This document shows positions 1-7,127 of a DNA stretch of 14,625 nt, in pieces. This stretch comes from an uncultured bacterium (GTDB lineage: Bacteria; CSSED10-310; CAZUFC01): assembly GCA_964619725.1 (NCBI GenBank), contig CAZUFC010000176.1, positions 1-14,625 of the forward strand, written 5' to 3'. The notes under the pieces are model-generated. The model saw only the letters and a program-made list of their open reading frames with translations. It did not search any database and was not told the origin of the DNA. The stretch's first letter is position 1. Each line of letters begins with the position of its first letter. The position numbers and the translations under genes are program-made.

Positions 1-22
1 AGCTTTTTATTTTGTGTTCTTA

Positions 23-85
23 CCTGGGGTTGCGCTCGCAAGCTCGCTTAACCCCTGGCTTTCACATAACGCGCCTCCGGCGCTT
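23..85. repeat. REP-like double-hairpin element
   Basis: cctggggtt (23-31) pairs with aacccctgg (50-58), 8/9. It is followed by the perfect small hairpin gcgcc-tcc-ggcgc (71-83). The layout resembles extragenic REP/IS200-IS605-type palindromes. Confidence 0.55.
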
Positions 86-264
86 AAGAGGATCGTCACG
101 GATTGATATTATCGTCCAATTAACAAATTTTAGTAGGAAGCATGACCCTCCGGCGCTTGAGAGGATAATCGCTCATTGATGTTGCCGTCCGCATAATAAA
201 TTTGAGGAGGTCATATGACCTTCCGGGGCTGAAGAGGATCATTGCTCATTGATATGCCGCATCC
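74..264 (+). repeat. Degenerate tandem repeat, period 73 bp, about 2.6 copies
   Basis: Units start at 74, 147 and 220 (cctccggcgcttaagaggat / cctccggcgcttgagaggat / cttccggggctgaagaggat). Unit 1 vs 2 match 54/73 ungapped; unit 2 vs 3 match 28/34 over the first 34 nt. Confidence 0.85.
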
Positions 265-469
265 TGGGATTTTCAAAAATTCATTATTTCGATGAAATTT
301 TATGCAGGTCAAAAATTTTTTAGAATCATTTCCGCCGGCAGGACTTAATCCAGATACTCAGCCCCCTCTTTCCTTTGTTTTCGGCCTCTACCGCATATTT
401 CATAAATATTCTTGCAGAAAATCGGGACTGATCAAGCCGGAAATTCTTTCAAAACTTTTGACAATTTGT

Positions 470-613
470 GTCGACATCGCAATCGGTATCGGGGTCGGGA
501 TCGGTATCGGGGTCGGGGTCGGGGTCGGGATCGGGATCGGGATCGAAACAAAATGACGGGCGGTTCTTTCGAATTGTCACCTCAAAAAGAAGATTTTTGA
601 TCAATGGCGAATT
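470..613 (+). repeat. Hexamer-array dispersed element, copy 1
   Basis: 13 (R)TCGNN hexamers, with TCG every 6 nt from 471 to 543, followed by a ~70-nt tail about 76% identical (54/71 by hand) to 6479-6548. Confidence 0.85.
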
Positions 614-1008
614 TATTATATCTAAAGTCCATTTGCATATTGCATACTGCTTGAATTATAAATTAAAAATACCGTTATTCGATCAATGCCCTGAACTTTG
701 TTTCGCCGCTATTGGGTGGGTTTTCAGAGAGGTATCGGGATGCGGTGGGCGGTTTATGGCTTTTTTATTCATTAATTCGGGTTTGCGGGGCCGCATAATT
801 GGGGTTGGTTTTTGAAAGCGCTTCGGAAAGCGGCAGGATGCCGCTTCTACTTTACTTCGTTCTTTTCTTTCGGATTACCTGGATTGCGCGTATTGTTGCT
901 GCAAAATTCAACTATTCAGATAATACTGGCTGGAGTTTACTTTGTTTTCATCCGCTAATACAATATTTATTGCTTTCGATGATCTCTTCGAAGGGCGGGA
1001 AATGATTG

Positions 1009-2043
1009 ATGATTCGTTTTTCACATAAATTTAACAACTCGGCTCTTTTCCGTTTCATTGGTTTTTATCAAATTTCCATGTCGTCTGCGCTTTCTTGCAT
1101 ACTCTTTATTTTATTTTTTTCCATGAAACCGGTTTACGGTTCTCAAACGGAAACCGAATCGGCGGCGGGTGAGGCTTTGAGTTTTGCCTATTACCTTTTT
1201 CTTGAAGGTGAATATTACCGGAGCATAACGGAATGTCTTCGCTGCAGTTATCTGTCGGAGAAGTCGGGCAGCTTAGATTTAACGGCAAGCTCCCTATATT
1301 TGGAGGCTTGCTGTTATTACAGGGGCGGACTTTGGCGGCGTAGTTATAAAAAGTCGGCCGCATTGAAAGGAAAAGGGGTTGATGAATTAAACTGTTGCGC
1401 CGGCGTTCTGCAGGGATTCTCACTCATCAGAATCGGTGATAATACCGGTGCTTTGTCCATGTTCCAGGATTATTTAGAACAAAAGCGATGTCCACGTTTC
1501 AAAAACCGCATCAATTTTGAACTGGGATGGCTGTTTCTTAATGAAGGCAGAATGGAGAAGGCACAAAAGAGCTTCGGGAAAATAGAATCCGGGAGCCTTC
1601 TTGCCGACAGCGCCGCCGGACTGACCGCGGAATTGAAATCAGCCGGCTCTCTTCCCCGCAAGTCTCCCGGAATAGCGGGACTGTCCGCCGCCCTTCTGCC
1701 TGGTGCAGGACATGTCTACGCCGGCCGCATCAGGGACGGCATCACCGCTTTCCTGTTGAACGGATTGTTCATATGGACCGCTGTTGAGGCTTTCGACAAC
1801 GATCAGGTCGCTCTGGGAGCCGTTTTATCCGCTTTTGAAGCAGGTTGGTATGCCGGAAACATCTACAGCGCGGTTTCAGCCGCCAAAAGAAAAAATGAAC
1901 GTAAAACGGACGAATTCATTGACAAAATGAAAAACCGTTACTATACGCCGGAAGAATTGGATGATTTATATTTTTCCTTTTACTTCATCGATGAATGCTT
2001 GCCGGATGAGGCGGCAGAAATAATCGAAACCGGAGTAAAATGA
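1009..2043 (+). CDS. TPR-repeat protein with N-terminal signal/anchor and C-terminal TM2/DUF5683-like membrane motif
   Basis: Hydrophobic N-terminal segment (ALSCILFILFFSM); TPR-like helices (ALSFAYYLFLEGEYYRSITE, FELGWLFLNEGRMEKAQKSF); KSPGIAGLSAALLPGAGHVYAG motif followed by two glycine-rich hydrophobic helices. Start uncertain (1006/1009/1078). Confidence 0.8.
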   Translation: MIRFSHKFNNSALFRFIGFYQISMSSALSCILFILFFSMKPVYGSQTETESAAGEALSFAYYLFLEGEYYRSITECLRCSYLSEKSGSLDLTASSLYLEACCYYRGGLWRRSYKKSAALKGKGVDELNCCAGVLQGFSLIRIGDNTGALSMFQDYLEQKRCPRFKNRINFELGWLFLNEGRMEKAQKSFGKIESGSLLADSAAGLTAELKSAGSLPRKSPGIAGLSAALLPGAGHVYAGRIRDGITAFLLNGLFIWTAVEAFDNDQVALGAVLSAFEAGWYAGNIYSAVSAAKRKNERKTDEFIDKMKNRYYTPEELDDLYFSFYFIDECLPDEAAEIIETGVK

Positions 2044-2624
2044 TTATTTGTCCTAAGAATTCAGGAATAGGAATAGACGTCAAAAACGCCCGTTTTGAAA
2101 GCATTAATATCGATCACAATCCCTTTTGCCGACGGCGACGGTTTTTCAGATTCATCACGACTTTTTTGAATTCATGCTTGACTCATTTGAGGGCAAAAGC
2201 GCGGAACCGTATTATGCTCGCGGCGGTCATGATTACTCTGAGCATCGCCGGTTACATGCATGCGGAGGATGAACCTTTAAAAAAAGGCAACCGGATGAAC
2301 GGCCCACAAGCCTTTTTAGAGGCGTCAGCAACAGACAAAATTCAATCGCGTCGTTACGACGAGGGGGGATATATCGACGACTGTTTCGGGTTTTTTATTG
2401 ATTTTCATCAAAATTACATCAGCGCTGCAGACGGCGACCGCTGCATGATGGAACCCTCCTGTTCGATATACTGTCGACGGGCATTAAATGAATATGGAGC
2501 GGTCCGGGGTTCGCTCCTTTCAATGGACAGGCTGATTCGATGCAACGGCACGCTCGATCCGGAGTTGCCGTGGGTCCTTATCGACGGGAGAATAAAAAAT
2601 TACGATCCGGTTTCCGGGTTCTAA
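2040..2624 (+). CDS. yidD: YidD-like (membrane protein insertion efficiency factor / haemolytic-domain) protein with N-terminal extension
   Basis: FIDFHQNYISAADGDRCMMEPSCSIYCRRALNEYGAVRGSLLSMDRLIRCN matches the YidD three-Cys signature. ATGA overlap with the upstream stop and GGAG just before 2040. An alternative start at 2214 gives a signal-peptide-like MLAAVMITLSIAGYMHA. Confidence 0.8.
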   Translation: MIICPKNSGIGIDVKNARFESINIDHNPFCRRRRFFRFITTFLNSCLTHLRAKARNRIMLAAVMITLSIAGYMHAEDEPLKKGNRMNGPQAFLEASATDKIQSRRYDEGGYIDDCFGFFIDFHQNYISAADGDRCMMEPSCSIYCRRALNEYGAVRGSLLSMDRLIRCNGTLDPELPWVLIDGRIKNYDPVSGF

Positions 2625-2657
2625 CCGCATTTTTCATACAGAACCTATCACGAGCGT

Positions 2658-3848
2658 TCATATCCGGGCGCGCAGGCGTAAATTGCCGCCTCCGAACCGC
2701 ACTTCTGTCATGTTGTAGGAAACGCCCATCAGTATATCAAGGTTTTTATGGAAACACTTTGAATACTCCAGAAACACTTTGCTGTGCAATTCATCTTCTC
2801 TCGGTTCAAGCGTGCGGGATTCACCCGGATTCATGGTCTGCGTACCGCCGATCATGCCTGCTTTCCACTGCCCCATACGGGAAGAAGATTTAGCGACCGC
2901 TATTTTCATGATTTCGTCATGCCTGCGGAACGCAAACGGTATGGGAACCGAACTTAACCCCTTGTGTTTTTTATCTGTGCTTCGGCCGCTGATCCTGACT
3001 CCGCCTATTTCCGAAGACAGAACGATGGCATTTGAAAAAGAATACCGCCATCCGAGCATCATTTTCATGCTGCGGAACCGATCCTTTAAATATTCGTTAT
3101 TGCCTTTGAAGGATAATTCATCGCAGTAATTTCTTCCGCTTAGTTTTATATTCCATTCGTTTGCGTTACGTTTCATGACGAGCAGGAGGCGGCCGTCGGC
3201 ATTACCGTGTCTCTGAACGGAGTTTTCACTTTCGAGAATCCATTTTTTGTCGAAGTTCAAATCGCCCATCAGAATCAATCCATTCAAACGCCAGATGCCG
3301 TTGAAGCGTATCTGGAAAGGGTGTTGCCTGTAACGGTCTTTAGATTGCGTTTTTGAATTAAACCAGATTGCGGGCCAGATGAAGCGAGCGTCGATTTTTT
3401 TATCTTTTCCTTTATCGACGGCCATCATTAATCCTGCGACATTGAATTCTTTTTTGGATTCAGCCATGCCTGTAATTCCGGCCGACAGAGGCCCGAAAGT
3501 TAACCCCAGGTCAGCCAGGTGAAGCTTGCGGTCCCATAGAAAAGAGCCCTTCTGTTCGTATCTGTAACCGAAAAACAATGGACTGCCGGTGTCGACGCGG
3601 AATTTAGCGGTCAGATCGAAACGAAACCTGTCGGAAGTAATGCTTCCTGCACCGGCCATAAGTCCTGAATCCCAGTTAAGCCATTGCCTTTCCCAGTCCA
3701 GGTCGAATCCGTAATTTTCTTCATGCAGGAATATCATCGTCTGATAGAGCGTATTTCTTATTTCCAGAGCCTGTGCAGAAGCGCTCACCAGGATGCCGGC
3801 GGAAAATGCTGCAAACAAGAATATCCTCAAGCTGTTTCGAGTCTTCAT
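2658..3848 (-). CDS. Hypothetical secreted protein, probable outer-membrane beta-barrel
   Basis: Signal peptide MKTRNSLRIFLFAAFSAGILVSASAQA with AGGA upstream (alternative start 3872). Alternating hydrophobic beta-strand pattern, aromatic-rich, ends in an amphipathic strand GGGNLRLRARI. Confidence 0.65.
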   Translation of the reverse strand: MKTRNSLRIFLFAAFSAGILVSASAQALEIRNTLYQTMIFLHEENYGFDLDWERQWLNWDSGLMAGAGSITSDRFRFDLTAKFRVDTGSPLFFGYRYEQKGSFLWDRKLHLADLGLTFGPLSAGITGMAESKKEFNVAGLMMAVDKGKDKKIDARFIWPAIWFNSKTQSKDRYRQHPFQIRFNGIWRLNGLILMGDLNFDKKWILESENSVQRHGNADGRLLLVMKRNANEWNIKLSGRNYCDELSFKGNNEYLKDRFRSMKMMLGWRYSFSNAIVLSSEIGGVRISGRSTDKKHKGLSSVPIPFAFRRHDEIMKIAVAKSSSRMGQWKAGMIGGTQTMNPGESRTLEPREDELHSKVFLEYSKCFHKNLDILMGVSYNMTEVRFGGGNLRLRARI

Positions 3849-3920
3849 TATCCTGCTTTTGCGTTTAGGCATCAGTCCTGAAACAGGATTTGACGAGTAA
3901 CTTTTTCCTGATGCTGCCTT

Positions 3921-4952
3921 TTATTTTTTTCCTACCGGAATGATGTAGACCGGTTCTTCTTCCCTGGTCATATTCATCACTTTTTTAACGTTAAGGTCCC
4001 GGAAGGCTCCGCTGACGCATAATCCGATATCCATAGAAATCCCCTGAAGATAGATATTTTGAGCGGAATGCCCTGCATCCATCCAGACGTAACGTTCTCT
4101 TCCCCTGTCGCCGTATTTGCGTGTGGTCCGTTCGAATACGGCGGAGTAAACAATGACCGCCGGGGCTTCTTTTATCATGGACTGCCCCAGCGCCGCACCG
4201 GCCAGCTCTTTTCTCTTGTCACCCTCCATCGTCTTCTCCAGCTTATGATTGCGCGAATCATATCTGTATATGCCGGGACTCAGGTCTGTCACGTTGCCCG
4301 CCACTACATATATTTCGAGAGGATAGAGCGCGCCGGCTGAAGGCGCTGTCCTGAAACCTCCCCTGAGAAAATCAGGTCCGCCTGGAACTTGCTTCGTGAT
4401 TCCGTAAGCGGCCCAGAGCAATTGAGAAATCTCATGCAACGTCAGCGGCTCATCTTTATAGGAACGGACCGAGCGCCGCTCAAGCAAAGCCTCCTCAATC
4501 GACGTGTCGCTCGCGTATGAAGGGTCCGGCAAATCTATCGTTTCAGACGGATTATGATTGTCCGGAAAGCTGTTTTCTATCTCTTTCATGGCCTCCTCCT
4601 GTCTGGCGATTACTGTTTTCCATTCTTCGCTCCCATGCAATGATTTAAGGTCCGGGTCCTCCTTCATCCATTCCAGGTTCAAAAAACCGCTCTCCACAGC
4701 CTTGTTCAAATTATCGATCGCCTTCTCCTTATTGCCGCTTAACGCCCACGAACAGGCTGCATTGTAATGATGCATCGCAGTCGGTTCACCAACCTTAAAC
4801 GCCTTCTCACTCAATTCCGCAGATTCCTCGTATTTTCCCTCTTCGTAAAGCTCTTCCGCTTGCTCCATGAGCTTTTCAAAATCATCAGCATCGGCGCTTC
4901 CCGATATGAGAACCGCTATGAGGATTATTATGGAAATTTTTAAAAATTTCAT
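3921..4952 (-). CDS. Signal peptide + TPR + SagB/ThcOx-family (nitroreductase-fold) FMN oxidoreductase
   Basis: GGGAGG RBS before ATG at 4952; signal peptide MKFLKISIIILIAVLISGSADA; TPR-cap motif YNAACSWALSG...GF...EDPDLKSL; SagB-type motifs SIEEALLERRSVRSY, LLWAAYGIT, RTAPSAGALYPLEIY, DAGHSAQNIYL. Confidence 0.9.
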   Translation of the reverse strand: MKFLKISIIILIAVLISGSADADDFEKLMEQAEELYEEGKYEESAELSEKAFKVGEPTAMHHYNAACSWALSGNKEKAIDNLNKAVESGFLNLEWMKEDPDLKSLHGSEEWKTVIARQEEAMKEIENSFPDNHNPSETIDLPDPSYASDTSIEEALLERRSVRSYKDEPLTLHEISQLLWAAYGITKQVPGGPDFLRGGFRTAPSAGALYPLEIYVVAGNVTDLSPGIYRYDSRNHKLEKTMEGDKRKELAGAALGQSMIKEAPAVIVYSAVFERTTRKYGDRGRERYVWMDAGHSAQNIYLQGISMDIGLCVSGAFRDLNVKKVMNMTREEEPVYIIPVGKK

Positions 4953-5042
4953 CTTCGCCTCCCGTCTGTTGGTTCCTGATAAATGTTTCAAATGTCCGGC
5001 TTTTTGTCAAGATATTCAGGACGCGCGGCAGCAATGGGAAAT

Positions 5043-5070
5043 TTGACATTTATTTTCTTAACCTTATAAC
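5043..5070 (+). promoter_or_regulatory. sigma70-like promoter for the diguanylate cyclase
   Basis: TTGACA (5043-5048) - 16 nt - TATAAC (5065-5070), 115 nt upstream of ATG 5186. Confidence 0.55.
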
Positions 5071-5185
5071 GAAAGAAGGAATGAGTTCCGGGAATGAATT
5101 TTTCCGGTATCCCACCGACATTCCAGGGTTGACTGAATTCTGATTTCGTGAGAACAAGCCTCAGAAGCGGCATTAAAGGGCTGCA

Positions 5186-6163
5186 ATGAAAATTTTAATT
5201 GTCGAAGACGACAGGATGACTCGTCGAATTCTGCAAAAGCATCTGGGGGACCTCGGACATGAGGTTCTGACGGCGACGAACGGCGCGGAAGGATGGAAAA
5301 TCTTCCAGGAAAGCGAAGCTTCTCTGGTGATAACTGATTGGATCATGCCGGAGATGAATGGCCTGCAATTGATCAGCAAAATAAGGGAAATAAATGAATT
5401 TCCCTATACTTACATAATTCTGTTGACGGCCAAAGATAAGAAGAATGAAATTGTCGAAGGCATATCGAACGGAGCGGACGATTATATCATCAAACCTTTC
5501 GTTAAAAGCGAGCTGGTGGTTAGAGTCAGAGCGGGACAGAGAATCGTCGAATTACAGGAAAAACTCGTGAACGTCAATTGCGAACTGGAGAGAATGGCGA
5601 AAACGGACCCTTTGACCGGGTTGAGCAACCGAAGGGACATGCTCGACAGAATAGATACGGAACACATTGATGAACTGGAAACAGATATTCCCTATGCTTT
5701 TATCATGGTTGACCTCGATCATTTCAAGAAGATCAACGACAATTTCGGACACGAAGCCGGCGATTATGTTCTGAAAGAGACTGCGGCGAGGCTTCAGAGC
5801 ATATTTCGAGGAACAGACATTATTGCCAGGATAGGAGGAGAGGAATTTCTGGTTATCGTGAGGAACGTTAAATTCGAGCAGGCTGAGATTCTAGCCGAGA
5901 GAGTGAGACGCAAGATAGGCGATGAAGCCTATGAATTGAACGAGGGACAGGATGTTTTCATAACCTGCAGCGTGGGGGCTTACTGGACTGTTCCTGACGG
6001 CGATTGGAATACCGAAGACTTTATTAAGACTGCGGACAAAGCTATGTACATTTCCAAAAAAGAAGGAAGAAACAGAGTTACGTTATTCAATGAAAATTGT
6101 ATTTCAAAGTTTGACGAAGATTCAAAAATAAAATGGATCAATAAATTCCCTCTCGCCGGATAG
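5186..6163 (+). CDS. Response regulator receiver-modulated diguanylate cyclase (REC-GGDEF, WspR/PleD-like)
   Basis: REC domain: KILIVEDD, ITDWIMPEMNG (phosphoacceptor Asp), LLTA, GADDYIIKPF. Coiled linker, then DPLTGLSNRR, DLDHFKKINDNFGHEAGD, I-site RGTD, active site GGEEF, ADKAMYISKKEGRNRV. Confidence 0.95.
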   Translation: MKILIVEDDRMTRRILQKHLGDLGHEVLTATNGAEGWKIFQESEASLVITDWIMPEMNGLQLISKIREINEFPYTYIILLTAKDKKNEIVEGISNGADDYIIKPFVKSELVVRVRAGQRIVELQEKLVNVNCELERMAKTDPLTGLSNRRDMLDRIDTEHIDELETDIPYAFIMVDLDHFKKINDNFGHEAGDYVLKETAARLQSIFRGTDIIARIGGEEFLVIVRNVKFEQAEILAERVRRKIGDEAYELNEGQDVFITCSVGAYWTVPDGDWNTEDFIKTADKAMYISKKEGRNRVTLFNENCISKFDEDSKIKWINKFPLAG

Positions 6164-6240
6164 CTTAAATCGATTGCAGGCGTTGAACAAAGATACCTGA
6201 TCAGCGCCGGAATTTTCCTAGAAACAAAATGCATTCTCTT

Positions 6241-6347
6241 GTTCTTTTTGTCGCTTTGGTCTTTTTGGTCCCTTGATAATAAAGGATAAAGGACAAAGGG
6301 ACCTAAGGGACATAAAGGACCTAAGGGACCTAAAGGACAGAAGGGAC
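6241..6347. repeat. 9-bp periodic inverted repeat
   Basis: GGAC at 6299, 6308, 6317, 6326, 6335, 6344 (plus 6291); complementary 9-periodic units at 6241, 6250, 6259, 6268 (e.g. gtcccttg). Confidence 0.8.
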
Positions 6348-6423
6348 GCGTGGAATATTAAATCATTCGTATAAGCAAAAACGGAAATAATCAAACCTGG
6401 GTTACACTTTTTCATTGAGGGCC

Positions 6424-6585
6424 GTTTGTTTCGGGGTCAGGGTCGGTATCGGTATCAGAGTCGCAATCGGTATCGAAATCGAAACAAATGATGGGATATT
6501 CTGTAGAATCGTAAACTCAAAAGACGTATTTTTGATCAATGCTGAATTATTTTGTTGCGATACCGATGCCGATCCCGAAACAGAC
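6424..6585 (+). repeat. Hexamer-array dispersed element, copy 2, with inverted right arm
   Basis: 9 hexamers (TCR every 6 nt, 6431-6479), the tail shared with copy 1, then gcgataccgatgccgatcccgaaacagac (6557-6585), whose reverse complement matches the left arm gtttgtttcggggtcagggtcggtatcgg. Confidence 0.8.
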
Positions 6586-6620
6586 AGCTCTCGATAAAAA
6601 AACAGGGGATTTCATAACCA

Positions 6621-6820
6621 GTTTTTGTCCATAAACGGCGAATTTCCCCCAATGCTGCGTCAGGCTAACGATTTGCTCAGTCAACATATAATAAATACGC
6701 CTTCTTCGCAAATCCTTGCCTTCCTAACCTTAAGAAAAATTCGCCCGTTTATGGATCAAAAACCCAAGTGGCTGTCCAGCATCAAATTTTGAATCGAGAT
6801 TCGAGTTTGTGGACAGACAC
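6621..6820. mobile_element. MITE-like non-autonomous element with TIRs and 6-bp flanking direct repeat
   Basis: Outer IR gtttttgtccataaac vs revcomp gtgtctgtccacaaac (13/16). TAACCA lies directly on both sides (6615-6620, 6821-6826). Internal IRs at 6621-6645/6737-6763 and 6767-6778/6810-6821. No ORF. Confidence 0.7.
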
Positions 6821-7127
6821 TAACCAGTGAATTTCCTACATACTGCGATTTCATTTTCACACTTGCGGCGGGTACAGTTTTCTGACTAACACACCTGAAC
6901 TATTGAAAAAAAACGACTACAACAAAACGACGTAAACGGAACAAAAATTGCTTCCTCGTTTTAGTTCGGGGTCGTTCTGAAGCCAGAACCCTTTGGTATG
7001 AAAATAAAATTCTGAACTTCGGTGTTGATTCGTTCGGTTCAGGAATGATTCAAGTCTGTTTCGGTCTTTGCGATTGGAGAGAAAATTCGGAACGGCCAAA
7101 ACAACGGAAATGGAAGGGGAGGAAAAA

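Noticed and set aside
74..264. CRISPR array (73-bp period is CRISPR-like)
   Set aside because: Similarity extends across the whole unit, so there are no unique spacers; the repeats are too degenerate and no cas genes are present.
302..1005. ORFs 302-556, 412-600, 468-815 and 799-1005
   Set aside because: Mostly kept open by the stop-free hexamer array (GI/GV, RD and SG runs in three frames) or low-complexity T-rich DNA; no convincing RBS or family motif.
3921..4952. RiPP (azole-containing peptide) biosynthetic cluster
   Set aside because: No YcaO, E1-like/RRE protein or Cys/Ser/Thr-rich precursor ORF in the window.
4953..4991. Tat signal from the longer start (TNRREAKMKFLK)
   Set aside because: It needs a TTG start without a clear RBS, the spacing does not fit S/T-R-R-x-F-L-K, and the RR-E codons are simply the RBS of the ATG at 4952.
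428..6231. Weak similarity between 428-450 (ctgatcaagccggaaattc) and 6198-6218 (ctgatcagcgccggaatttt)
   Set aside because: Too short and gapped to distinguish from chance by eye.
6218..6597. ORFs 6218-6415 (-) and 6415-6597 (+)
   Set aside because: They coincide with the 9-mer and hexamer repeats and are best explained as translation artefacts of the repeats.
6830..7127. c-di-GMP riboswitch or ncRNA in the leader of the large surface protein
   Set aside because: Only short hairpins (e.g. gttctg-aagc-cagaac); no recognisable riboswitch consensus. An Rfam/Infernal search would be needed to exclude one.
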